DNA of 64,000 nt from NCBI RefSeq assembly GCF_963921235.1, contig NC_086097.1, positions 250,482,001 to 250,546,000 of the forward strand, written 5' to 3'. Both the position numbers and the translations under genes were made by a program. This document shows, one piece after another, positions 11,856-24,600 of the stretch. Origin of the DNA: Mobula hypostoma. Taxonomy: Eukaryota. How positions within the stretch are numbered: position 1 is the first letter of the stretch; each line of letters begins with the position of its first letter. A model generated the notes under the pieces. The model made no database searches. It saw nothing but the letters and a program-made list of their open reading frames with translations, and had not been told where the DNA came from.

Positions 11856-12553
11856 GCAGCAAATCTCTCCCAGATATAACTGTATATGGCAAATGAAATT
11901 CAGCCTTGATTATGAAGTTATAGTTATGAAAGTTTGAAATTAAGCTGAGGGAAGGTTGAGTCAATGGAAAATTGTGAAACTCCTTTAATTGCCTGGAGCT
12001 ATTTTTTGGCAATTGGAAGGCTGAGTCAGAGCCATCAGGCTCTCCTCCAAAACGATGGTACAACAGGGACCAAGACATTTCTGTTACTAGAAATTTCCAT
12101 CAGAAATTGACTTCTCTTTTTGTGCAAAAGACAAGGAGAAAACACAAAACACAAACACAAATACAAACACAAAAACACAAACACAAATACAAACACAAAA
12201 ACACAAAAAACATGCCCACAAAAAGAAAGAATACTGATAGTAAATAAACAAGCAATAAATATCAGGAACATGAGATAACGAGTCCTTGAGAGTGAGTCCA
12301 TAGGTTTTGGGAACATTTCAGTGATGGGGTGAGTGAAGAGCTCTGATTCAGGAGCCTGATGGCTGAGGGGTAATAATTGCTCCTGAACCTGGTGGTGTGG
12401 GTCCTGAGGCTTCTTCAGAATCAGAACTAGGTTTAATGTCACCAGCGTGTGTCCTGAAATGTGAAGTTTTGTGGCAGCAATACATAGTAGTAAAGACTAT
12501 AAATTGCAATAAAAAGCAAATATGAAAATAAATTAAGTGAGTACTGCAAAAAG

Positions 12554-12740
12554 CAGTGGTCCCCAACAAAGCATGTGCTACTGGGCCGCGAGGAAACGAT
12601 ATGGTTTGGCGATATGAAATGATATGAGTCAGCTGCACTTTTCCTCATTCCCTGTCACACCCACTGTTGAACTTGAATGCACACAAGGTCATCAGTCGGT
12701 CATTAACCGACAACGACTCGAAAAACAACAGTGAAAAACA
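12554..12740. mobile_element. hAT/Charlie-type terminal fragment
   Basis: Begins CAGTGGTCCCCAAC, a typical hAT TIR; partner TIR not found. Confidence 0.4.
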
Positions 12741-12832
12741 AATGTCGTGGGCCCAGGACCGATCTTCAGAGATGTTGACAACCAGGAACTTGCAATTGCT
12801 CGCTCTTTCCACTTCTGATCCCTCAGTTCTGA

Positions 12833-13140
12833 TTGTACCGTGGAGAGCAGTCTAACTGCATCATCGTCCGGTACGGAGAGGCCACTGCACAGGATCAGAA
12901 AGTTGTAAACTCAGCCACCTCCATCATAGGCACTAGTTTCTCCAGCATCCAGAACATCTTCAACAGGCGATGCCTCAAAAAGGTAGCACCCATCGTTGAG
13001 GACCCCCATCACCCAGGACATGCTGTCTTCTCATTGCTACCATTAGGGAGGAGATACAGGAGCCTGAAGACACACACTCAATGTTTCAGGAGCAGTTTCT
13101 TCCCCTCTGCCGTCAGATTTCTGAATGGACAGCCATGAAC
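12833..13140 (+). mobile_element. Rex1/Babar LINE 3' fragment
   Basis: DPHHPGHAVFSLLPLGRRYRSLKTHTQCFRSSFFPSAVRFLN. Confidence 0.75.
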
Positions 13141-13709
13141 TTGAAACTGCTCATTCTTTCCACTTTGGATCCCTCGATTTTCCCTTCCTGAAGTCCAGAA
13201 TCAATTCCTTGGTTAACTTGTTAGTTAATCTACCCAGCTTGCTCCTATGAGAAAGAAGAAACATACCTAGTGAATGCCAGACAATGGCTGTGATAGATGA
13301 TAGAGACACGATAAAGTGAGGCTTGAAAGAGTGGTAGATGTGTGAAGGCAAAATCAAACACATGGTGGTCTTGGATCCCAATGATATGCCTGCTTGAAAG
13401 TGGAAGAAACTGAAGGATGCAGATACACTAGGGGGATTTAAGAAAAACGGAGGGCTATGTGGGACGGAAGCATTATGTTGATCTTGGTGTAGGTTAAAGG
13501 GTCAGCACAAAATCATGGGCTAAGTGCCTGTACTGTACTGTGATGTTCTATGTTCTATAATTACTAAAGTTAATTAGACAATGAGTGCACTGATTCTTGT
13601 TGTGTTTGAATTTGAATTGACTTTATTTCTTACATCCTTCACATACACGAGGAGTTAAAAGCTTATGTTATGTCTCCGTCTAAATGTGCCATATGCAATC
13701 ATAGTACTG

Positions 13710-14000
13710 TTTGCATTTATCTTATCTATACTGCTCATAATTTTGTATACCACTGTTAAATATTCTCTCAATTTTCTATGTTCCAAGGAATAAAGACCTA
13801 ACCTATTCAAACTTTCCTTATAACTCAGGACCTCCAGACCCGGAAACATCCTTATAAATTTTCTCTGTACTCTTTGAACTTTATTTAGATCTTTCCTGTA
13901 GGTATGTAACCAAAACTGAACACAATACTCCTAATTAGGCCTCACCAATGTCTTATACAACTTCAACATAACATCCCGTCTCCTGTATTCCCAGATCCCT
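13710..14000 (-). mobile_element. CR1 LINE RT fragment
   Basis: MFPGLEVLSYKESLNRLGLYSLEHRKLR. Confidence 0.7.
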
Positions 14001-14029
14001 TTGTTCTATCACACTCTACCATGCTCATT

Positions 14030-16820
14030 AATCATTCTTGTTCATTCAAATAATTCGTTACAGGTTATATGTATAAATATATGAATTACATATGACATCA
14101 CACTACTGCATGATACATGTGTGTCTCACTTAAAGTAAACACAAAGTTAGACTCACACCATGTCTTTCTTTGAATTAGTTTAATATTTTGAAGTTACAAA
14201 ACATAACAGTGGCGACGAGCTATTTTTAGAAACAAACCCGATATGACTATCAACCTGTTGAAGCGCAACGAGGAACAATAAGTTTTAAAAAAGCACAGTG
14301 AGAAATGGCAAATAAAAAAAACACAGCCCAGTAGATGCAGAAACAGTAGAGTTTAAAAAAAAAACAGAGCAGCACATGTTCTTCAGAAGGGAAGAAATGA
14401 TTGAATTTTTCAAAAATTCAGAAAACAGAACAATTCACGGGTTTATAAAGAGTACTGGACGAGAATAACCATAAAATAAAATCAGAACTGGCTGGCTACA
14501 TCGGTTAGATTGACATATTTAATTACACAACAGATAACTGGATATTATTTACTGAGCAAATTGAACAGTATTTTGAAAGAAGTAGTATAGCCAATGAGAA
14601 ACAAGTACCAATTTTGCTAAGTGCACTGGGTTTAAAGGCATACAGTTTCCTTTGAAATTTGACTGTTCCAACCAAATGAGCTTTGCTACTACTGTGAAAG
14701 TAATGCAGGAATATTTAGAACTGAAAACATTGTGGAATGTAGACGCTTTAGGTTTCATAAGCGGAATCAAAAAGGAGTCCATTTTAGCGTATGAGGCTGA
14801 ATTGTAGAGATTGTCTGAGCATTTTTGGTTCAATGATGGGCCTAATGGTGCACTAAGAGATCGTTTAGTTTGTGGAATCCTCCAAGAAAACATCAAAAAT
14901 GACTCCTAACTGAAGCACAGCTTACATTTAAAAGAGCAGCTGAAATCACCATATAAATGGAAACAGCACACAGAGGCGCAATTGCATCGCAGTCAGAAAA
15001 GAAAGTGAGCATGAACAAAATTGCAATGTCTAAACAGAAACTGTGCTGACTGAAAAAACTTGTGTTACCATTGTGGCAGGGGCTCACATACATCAGACCA
15101 AGGCAGGTTTAAAGATGAAATTGCAAAAAATGAAACAAAGTAGGTCATATACAAACAGTATGTCAGGAAGACAAAAATAAATGGCCTGCATTGGAAAGAG
15201 AAAAAGCTAAAATGTCAAGTTGCAGTTTCAAAAAGGGCACTAATTTCTGATAACGATGAGAGTGACACAGGACTGTGTAGCCTTGAGATTTACAATATGA
15301 AAACTAACAATAGACAAGCAATATGGCTTAGGCCAGAAGTGAACGGCAAATTAATTAAAATGGAATTAGACAGTGGCTCAGTTGTTTCAGTCATTCTACA
15401 AGACGAGTTTGAGTGACATTTGAAAGGTACTAAACTGAAGCCTGCAGATGTCCAACCAAGAACATATACTGGAGAAAAGATAACTCCTGTAGGAATGACA
15501 TTCATAACAGTGAAATGCAACAACCAAGAAGCCATATTGAACTTGTATGTGGTAAAGACAGGAGTACCAGCATTGTTTGTTCATTGTTGGCTGAAGCAAC
15601 TACAACTTAATTGGAAATCTATTCACCATTTGCATGCCACGTCCCCTGTATAGACCATGAAAGCAAATTAAGAAAGGTACTGGATGATGCCACAACTGCC
15701 TCCATGCAACACCATGAACCATTGCCCAACAGGGGAAAAATGGGTGTTGATGCCAACCTCTGTGCCCTGATTAGAAACATATTAGACCAAGGAGGTACCA
15801 TGCTGTTCAGAGCAATATTGAAGGTGACGAAACCAGTCGTCCGACTACAACAGGTTTTGTTGGCAACATATCTGAGAATCCTTCCGATATCAGAATCAGG
15901 TTTATTATCACTGGCATATGTCAAGAAACGTGTTAGCTTAGCAGCAGCAGTACCATGCAATACATGATATATATAGGTATATGTTAAAAAAAAGTGAGGT
16001 TGTGTTCATGGGTTCAATGTCCATTTAGGAATCTATGGCAGAGGGGAAGAAGCTGTTCCGACCTCTCATATGTTAATCAGGCAGTTCCTTGTGAAATATG
16101 ACTTGGTTTTTTACTGGGAGAAAGTTCAATGACCTTCAGGAAAGATTCAAGCCTTCAGCTTTTGTGAGTACAAAGAATGAGAATCTACTCTGCGTCCATT
16201 AAGGTTATTGCATGAACTTCAAGTGGGAGACAAAAGCTGCTTTTAAAAGTAGATACAAAGACCAAAGCCTGGCTGGATGAATGAAAGGCCAAAAAGAAAA
16301 GAGTCAATGGAGATACAAATACAGAGGATTCCTCAGATGACGTTATGGATGAGGAAGCCAAGAGGAGAGATCAGATCATAAAGGGGGCAATCGAAGGATT
16401 GATAAGAAAATATTCCTGTGAACTAAATTGACCGTCCCATGATCAAGATGCACATCTTAGAAAGAAGAACAAGGAGAAGAAAGGTGTCTAGAGCTGTCAA
16501 ACCACTTCCTACAGTCTCAGAGACAACTCCTACAATCACCACTGAGGAGGCCACAGAACCTGAGATTGTCACAGCCACAAGTCTCACCTGTTGAGCAGAG
16601 TGATCCCTCTTGTCAGGGAAGCCGTTATCTCACAAGAGTAAGAAATCCTCCACAGCGATTAACTCTCTAGGCCTGGATGGAGCAATTTAAAATTTACTAT
16701 ACTGTGGATGTCTGCTACCATGTGATATATTAATGCTTTGCTTAAAGTGAACATGAAATTAAACTCACACTTCGGAGTCCCGTGTCTTCCTTTAATGTCT
16801 TGAAGTTACAAAACATAACA
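14030..16820 (+). mobile_element. Decayed, internally deleted Ty3/Gypsy LTR retrotransposon
   Basis: 5' LTR ends ACATAACA at 14208; PBS TGGCGACGAG 14210-14219; frameshifted gag with CCHC knuckle (CYHCGRGSH at about 15061); protease PEVNGKLIKMELDSGS (about 15333-15380); 3' LTR part ends GTTACAAAACATAACA at 16820. Confidence 0.8.
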
Positions 16821-17349
16821 AGTCTGACCTCCCATATACGATTATTCCAATCACTCAAACCTTTAACGAGATCCTCAGAGTCACAATTATGGCAATGAAT
16901 CCCAGAATTATCTGCTCTAATTACCATATGTACATATTTTGGGAAGCATTCCCAGAAACTACAGAACATCCTCTCTCCCATACACTCTTACACATTTCTC
17001 ACAGTCCAAAGTTCAAAGTAAATTTAATATCAAAGTGCATATCAAGATTCATTTCCTTGTGGACATTTACAGGAAAAATAGAATAGACTTGTAAAAAACA
17101 GACAAAACAAACTAACAACCAATGTGCAAAGGAAGACAAATTGTGCGAATCAGTAGACAGATAGATAGATAAATACATGGATAGGGACAAAAGAGATGGA
17201 AAGATAGATAGGTAGATAGTTAATGACAGAGATAGGTAGATAGGTAATACTGAGAATGAGTTGTAAAGAGTCCTTGAAATTTCGAAGATGTTGGGAGTGA
17301 GGTTATCTGTGCTGGTTCAGAAGACTGATGGCTGAAGGGTAATAACTGG

Positions 17350-17822
17350 GTTATTGTTGTCTGGGTTTCATCTCCTAAGTTACAGAGAAAGGTTGAACAA
17401 GTTAGGTCTTTATTCTTTGGAGTGTAGAAGGTTGAGGGGGGACTTGATAGAGGTACTTAGAATTATGAGGGGGATAGATAGAGTTGACGTGGATAGGCTT
17501 TTTCCATTGAGAATGTGGGAGATTCAAACGAGAGGACATGAGTTGAGAGTTAAAGGGCAAAAGTTTAGGGGTAACATGAGGGGGAACTTCTTTACTCAGA
17601 GAGTGGTGGCTGTGTGGAATGAGCTTCCAGCAGAAGTGGTTGAGGCAGGTTCGATGTTGTCATTTAAAGTTAAATTGGATAGATATATGGACAAGAAAGG
17701 AATGGAGGGTTTGGGCTGAGTGCAGGTCGGTGGGACTAGGTGAGAGTAAGAGTTCGGCACGGACTAGAAGGGCCGAGATGGCCTCTTTCCGTGCTGTAAT
17801 TGTTGTATGGTTATGTGGTTAT
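17350..17822 (+). mobile_element. CR1 LINE 3' end
   Basis: LSYRERLNKLGLYSLECRRLRGDL..FFTQRVVAVWNELP; short tandem tail. Confidence 0.85.
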
Positions 17823-18049
17823 AACTGTTCCTGGATCTGGTGGTATGGTAGCTTCTGCCAGATGGCAGCAACAAGAGCAATGGCTTCACGGATGTCCATG
17901 GCCTCGATGACCCAGTGATTTCAGTTTCTGAGGGCGACTTGAGAGCATCCTTCAGGAGGGTGAACACATGGAAAACATCCGGCCCAGATGGGGCACTTGG
18001 CCGAGTATGAAAGGACAAATGGCTGGAGCGAGTTTATTCATTATACTGA

Positions 18050-19255
18050 TTTAAGATACAAGATTGGTCAATGTTATTTCCAATATACAAGTGCAAAGGA
18101 GAACAAAATAATTGTTACTACAGCTCCAATGCAGTAGTAAAAAACATAAGATAAAGAACACAATAATAATAAAAACACAATAAATATAAATACTGTACAT
18201 AAGGTAGCTTATATACACAGATTGATTGTATGTCCATAAAGTGATGCTAGACACAGGAGTGTCTGTACATAAGGTGTCTGACAGGAATTTATAAAGTAGT
18301 GGTGGTGGGGTGCAGGGTTGGGTTAGCGGGTGGAGGTATTGATCAAACATTGCTTGAGGAAAGTAACCATTTTAGAGTCTGGTGGTCCTGGCGTGGATGC
18401 TACGTAGCCTCCTCCCTGACGGGGGTGGGGCAAACAGTCCATGAGCAGGGTGGGAGGGATCCTCATGATGTTACTGGCCCTTTTCCAGCATCTTTCTCTA
18501 TATATGCCCTTGATGGTGGGTAGACTGGCGCCAGTGATGCATTGGGCAGTTTTGACTACCCGTTGTGGAGCCTTCCTGTCTGCAGTAGTGTAGTTTTGGT
18601 ACGATTCAGTGGTACAGCATGATAGGATGCTCTCTATTGACCATCTATCATGCTGTGGAATGTAGAATGACGGGAGTATAGATGTGCCTAGTGCAGTAGC
18701 TGTCTTCAGCCTCCTCAGAAACGAGAGGTGCTGGCGAGCTTTCCTGATTGTGTGGTATGTGCTCTGGGACCATGAAAGTGTGTACGAAATGTAGACCCCC
18801 AGGAGTTTGAAACTGCTTGCAGATTCCACTGCTGTGCTGCTGATGGAAAGAGGGGTATGAGTGGTGTGAGTTCTCCTGAAGTTGATAACCATCTCTTTTG
18901 TCTTGTAGACATTAAAGATGAGGTTATTTTCCTCTCTTCTCCGTGGGCCATCTCATTCTTGTTGGTGATGGGCCTCACCTCTGTCGTGTCATCAGCGAAC
19001 TTGACGATGTGATTCCTTTCGGGTGTTTGACGGCAATCCTGTGTGAGCAGAGTGTACGGCAATGGGCTCAGTACACAACCCTGTGTAGGTGAAAATGTGG
19101 GGGAGGAGTGGCAGTGCATCTGCTATCTGAGGTCCGTTGGTTAGGAGGTCTAACACGCAGCTGCCCAGTGGAGTATGTATTTAGACCGAGGAGTAGGAGT
19201 TTGTTCAGCAATAGTGGCGAATGATGAACTGAAGTCCAGAAACAGCATTCTAACA
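18050..19255 (-). mobile_element. Rex1/Babar LINE RT and 3' UTR remnant
   Basis: QGCVLSPL, IVKFADDT, FKLLGVYIS, RKARQHLSFLRRLK across frameshifted ORFs. Confidence 0.8.
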
Positions 19256-19719
19256 TAATCTGCCATGCAGATTAGCTCCATTCCCTTCAACTTTCAGATA
19301 ACAATTATTTTTAAATTTTATTTAATGTTTAGATTTACAGTTCAGAACCGGCCGTTCAAGCTACCGATTTAACCTTAACCTAATCACAGGACCATATACA
19401 ATGACTAATATTAACCTACCAGCCAGTAGGTCTTTGGACTGTGGGAGGAAACCAGAGCACCCGGAGGAAATCCATGCACACATGGGAAGGAACATACAAA
19501 CTTGCTAAAAGAAGATACCAGAATTGAACTCTAATGCCCCGCTAACCACTACATCCTGTGCTATCCACTATGGCACCTTGTACTTAATGAAATGCAATAT
19601 CATAAACAGGACATTAACATTGACAACCATTTGTAAAGCTATTCCCTATGTGTGTTAAAGGACAAATGATCAATTTGTTATCACTAGCAAACAAGTAAAA
19701 TATCCCCTACCCAGAAGTG

Positions 19720-20605
19720 TTGGAGGAGCAACATCTCACATTCCGTCTGGGTAGCCTCCAACCTGACAGCACGGACATCAATTTTTCTTTCTTTCTTTTT
19801 TAAAATCTTTTTATTAATTATTATTGAAAATCAACGACAGGGAAAAAAACATCAAAATAATCAAGATAACATATTTTCTTTCTTTTTAAATCTTATTAAT
19901 TATTATTGAAAATCAATGACAGAAAAAATACATCAAAATAATCAAGGTAACATATAATTTTTCTAAATTCCAGTTATTTCTTCACCCCTCCCTCTTTCTG
20001 TCTTTTCCATTCCTCGTTCTGGTTCCCCTCCAACCCGTTGCTTCCCCTCACATGCCCATCACCTCCCTCTGGTGCCCCTCCTCCTTCCCTCTCTCCCATG
20101 GTCCACTCTCCACTCCAATCAAGTTCCTTGTTCTTCAGCCCTTTAACTTTTCCACCTATCACCTCCCAGTTTCTCACTTCATTCCTCCTCCCCTACCCCA
20201 CCCACCTTCCCCCTCACCTGTCGCACCTATTGCCTGTCAGCTTGTACTCCTTCCCCTACCACATCCTCTCATCCTGGCTTCTGTCCCCTTTCTTTCCAGT
20301 CCTGATGAAGGGAAGTGTTGACTGTTTACTCATCTCCATAGGCGCTGCCTGACCTGCTGAGTTCCTTCAGCTTTTTGTGTGTGTTGCTCGAGATTTCCAG
20401 CATTTCTTTCCCACCTATCACCTCCGAACTATCCAGCTTTCCCACCCTCCACCACCTTATTCAAGCATCTTCCCCCTTCCTCTCCCATCCTGATGAAGGG
20501 TCTCGGCCCGAAACGTCAACTGTACTCTTTTCCACAGAAGCCATCTGTATCTTTTTCATAGAAGCTGCCTGACCCGCTGAGCTGCTCCAGCATTTTGTGT
20601 GTGTT
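19720..20605 (+). mobile_element. Penelope-like element 3' end with two tandem pLTR/hammerhead units
   Basis: GIY-YIG C-terminus (LEEQHLTFRLGSLQPD) at about 19720-19780; CTGATGAAGGG at 20302 and 20490; second core intact (GGG-TCTCGG-CCC-GAAACGTC). Confidence 0.75.
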
Positions 20606-21659
20606 ACCCTACTCAAGTATTTTCCACTTTCAAAAATAGTCTAATGTTTAGTGCAGATGGCCATAAATAGACAAATTTAAATTTGTACTTCGTGTACTGT
20701 CGAACATCGGATTTCCTGATTCAAGAAAACTTCTGCTAGTTTGAGATTTCCATTCAGCTAAGCCAACAACAGCAAAAAAAATGCTAACCGCAAAACTGTT
20801 AACATTATCTTCCAAGCAATTAGTGAATATCTTCTTTGTGCAAATGGAAAAAAAAAGTAATTTGGAAGATTTCAGTGTGTAGACAAAATGCTAAAAAAAG
20901 ACTGATGAGTGGGAAGAGGGTAATTGTTACAAAAATGTTCCCTAGATTAACTATAAGATGTTTGGGCTCTGGGATTTTTTTATAAACAGTTAGTTTTCAG
21001 CTTTTCATAATGATTAAGGGTTCACAGCCTCCATTGTTACTTGTTGCTACTGATTAAATCACATGAGTAAAAGCTGATAAAGGAGCAACACACTCAAAAT
21101 GTTGGAGGAACTTGACATTTTGTGCAGAGACCATTCATCAGGACTGGAAAGGAAGTGGGTAAAAAGCCAAAGTAAGATGGTTGGGGCAGGGGGAAAGAGT
21201 ACAAGCTGGAAAGTGATCACTGAAGCTGGGTGGGTGGGGGAGGGGGAATGAAGTAAGAAGCTGGAAGGTGATAGGTGGAAAAGGTAAAGGGCTGAAGAAG
21301 AAGGAATCTGATAGGAGAGGAGAGTGGACCTTGGGAGAATTGGAAGGAAGAGGGGCACCAGGGAAGGTGATAGGCGGGTGAGGAGAAGGGGTAAGAGGCC
21401 AGAGTGGAGAATTGAAGAAGAGGGAAGGGAAAGGGGGAAATAATTAGTGGAAGTTGGAGAAATCGACTGTTTATTCATTTCCATGGGTTCTACCTGAACT
21501 GCTGAGCTCCTCCACCATGTTGTGTGTGTTGCTCTGGATTTCCAGCACCTGCAGAATCTCTTGAGTTTATGTAGCTGATACAAGGGTTAGAAGGAAATGT
21601 TTACGAGCATTTTTTCCAAATAAGCTCACACTACAAAAATTATTATAGTTCACAAATCA

Positions 21660-24600
21660 GTCATGGCTTGGCTTCACGAACGAAGGTTTAGGAAGGGGGC
21701 TGCCCACATCTGCTGCAGGCTCGCTGGTGGCTGACGAGCCCAATACGGGACAGGCAGGTCCGGCCACAGCGGCAGCAAAGGAAATTCTGCTCTGGGTTTG
21801 GTGCTGCTGTATCACGGTTCTTCCTCCTTCTCTTGTCCTCAACGCCAGCCCTGCATGCGTTCTCGAAGGATAAGATAGACTGGTGAATGGTGTGTCGCCA
21901 GGCCTCGCGATTGGAGGCTAGGTTAGTCCACTGGCGATGGTCAATGTGACAGGCACCAAGGGATTTCTTCAGAGAGTCCTTGTACCTCTTCTTCGGTGCC
22001 CTTCTGTCATGGTGGCCAGTGGAGAGTTCGCCATACAGCACAATCTTGGGCAGGCGATGATCCCCCATCCTGGAGACGTGCCCTGCCCAGCGCAGCTGCG
22101 TCTTCAACAGCACGGCCTCGATGCTGGTGACCTCCGCCTGTTTGAGGACTTCGATGTTGGTGATGAAGTCACTCCAGTGGATGTTGAGGATGGTGCAGAG
22201 GCAGCGCTGGTGGAAACGCTCAAGGAGTCATAGGTGGTGATGGTAGGTGACCCACGACTCGGAGCTGTACAGGAGAGTGGTCAGTACAACGGCTTGTACA
22301 TGCTGATCTTTGTGCCTTTCTTCAAATGCTTGTTGTTCCAGACTCTTTTGTACAGCCTGCCGAATGCGCTGTTGTCAATCTCTTTGTCGATCTTGGCATC
22401 TGACGAGATGGTGCCCCCCAGCTAGCTGAACTGGTGGACTGTCTTCAGCTCTACCTCACCGATGCTGATGCGGGGAGGGTGGTAATCTTCCTGAGGTGCA
22501 GGCTGATGGAGAGCTTCTGTCTTCTTCAAGCTGACTTCCAGTCCGAAGAGCACTGCAGCCTCTGCGAAGCAGGATGTTATACGCTGCAGGGCTGTCTCTG
22601 TGTGGGCAACAAGGGCAGCATCATCGGCGAAGAGTAGCTCTCGGATGAGTTGCTCCAATGTCTTTGTGTGAGACTGTAATCGCCTCAGGTTGAACAGGCT
22701 GCCATCGGTGCAGTATCGGATGTAAACACTGTCCTCGTCATCAAGGTCTTCTGTGGCCCTTTCATGCATCTTGCTGAAGAAGATGGTGAAGAGAGTTGGC
22801 GCGAGGACGCAGCCTTGCTTTACTCCGTTGCCTATTGGGAAGGGTTCTGAGAAGTCGTTGTTGTGTCTGACTTGGCCACACTGTTCTTCATGTAGCTGGA
22901 TGACCATGCTGAGGAACTTTGGAGGGCATCCCAGTCGTTCCATGATTTGCCACAGACCTTCCTTGCTCACAGTATCAAACGCTTTGGTAAGGTCGACAAA
23001 TGTCACGTACAATCCCTTGTTCTGTTCCCTACGTTTCTCTTGGAGCTGCCTGAGAACAAATACCATGTCGGTGGTGCTCCCGTTGGCTCTGAGGCCACAC
23101 TGGCTGTCAGGGAGGTGTTCTTCTGCAATGATGGGCACCAATCTGTTCAGGAGTACTCTTGTGAGGATTTTCCCTGTGATAGAGAGCAGAGTTATCTGCC
23201 GGTAGTTGGAGTAGTCGGACTTTTCCCCCTTGTTCTTACACAGGGTGATGATGACTGCATCATGGAGGTCCTGTGGTAGTTAACCTTGCTCCCAGCAGCA
23301 GACAAAGAACTCGTGGAGTTTGGTGTGTAACGCTGGGCCCCCATGCTTCCAAATCTCAGGTGGGATTCCATCGACTCCCGCTGCCTTGCCACTTTTCAGC
23401 TGCTGTACGGCCTTGACTGTCTCTTCTAGGGTTGGAATCTTGTCCAGTTCTGTTTTCTCTGGCTGTTGTGGGATGCGATGAATTGTTGAGTCTTGGACCA
23501 TTTGGTTGGCACTGAAGAGAGTCTGGAAATGTTCCGACCACCGGTTCAGGATGGACGCATTGTCTGTGAAGAGCGCCTGACCGTCTGCACTGTGCAAGGG
23601 ACTCTGGACCTGGTGCGAAGGGCCATACACCGCTCTCGGCTTCATAAAACCCCCTGTAGTCACCGGTGTCTGTGCAAAGATGTGTTCTCTTTGCGAGGTT
23701 GGTCCACCACACGTTCTGAATCTCTCGAAACTTGTGCTGGAGGTTGCTGCGTACAAGGTGGAAGGCTGCTTTCTTATCAGGACAAGATGGCTGAGCAAGG
23801 TGTGCCTGGTGGGAGGATCTCTTCTTCGCCGGCAATTCTTGGATCTCCTGCTTGTTTTCATCAAACCAGTCCTTGTTCTTCTTTGTGGAAAACCCGAAGA
23901 CTTCTTCAGAGGTTTGCAGGATGATGGTTTTTACGAGTTCCGAAAGCAGTTCTGGAGAGGAGTCTGTGGGGAAACTGGGATCCTGAAGCCTCGACTGAAG
24001 ATTTGTCTGAAAGTCAGCTTTCACTTCAGCTGACTGGAGGTTGCCAACCTGAAACTTCTTCCCTGGAGCGCCTCCTCTCTTTGGCTTGGGTTTGAAATGG
24101 AGACTGAGTCTGCAGCGGACAAGACGATGGTCTGTATGACACTCTGCACTGGGCATCACTCGGGTGAGTAAGATGTCCCGAAGGTCTCTCTGGCACACCA
24201 AGATGTAGTCTATGAGGTGCCAATGCTTGGACCGAGGATGCATCCAGGTTGTCTTCAGACTGTCTTTCTGCTGGAAAATGATTTCGCTCTGCGCAAAACT
24301 CTTAACAGAAGGCGCCCATTGTTGCTGCAGTTTCCAACACCCTGTTTGCCAAGTACTCCTTTCCAGGCTTCTGAATCTTGGCCTATTCTGGCGTTGAAGT
24401 CGCCAAGGATGAAGACCTTGTCGTCTGCAGGGGCGTTCCATACGAGGTTGCGCAGATCAGTGTAAAACTTGTCTTTTTCTGCAGGATCTGCTTGAAGAGT
24501 GGGGGCATACACGCTGAAGAATGTGGCATGCTGCTTGGTTCGAAGTGGGAGGCGCATGGAGATGATGCGGTCGGCGTGACCTGTCAGCAGTTTTTCAAGT

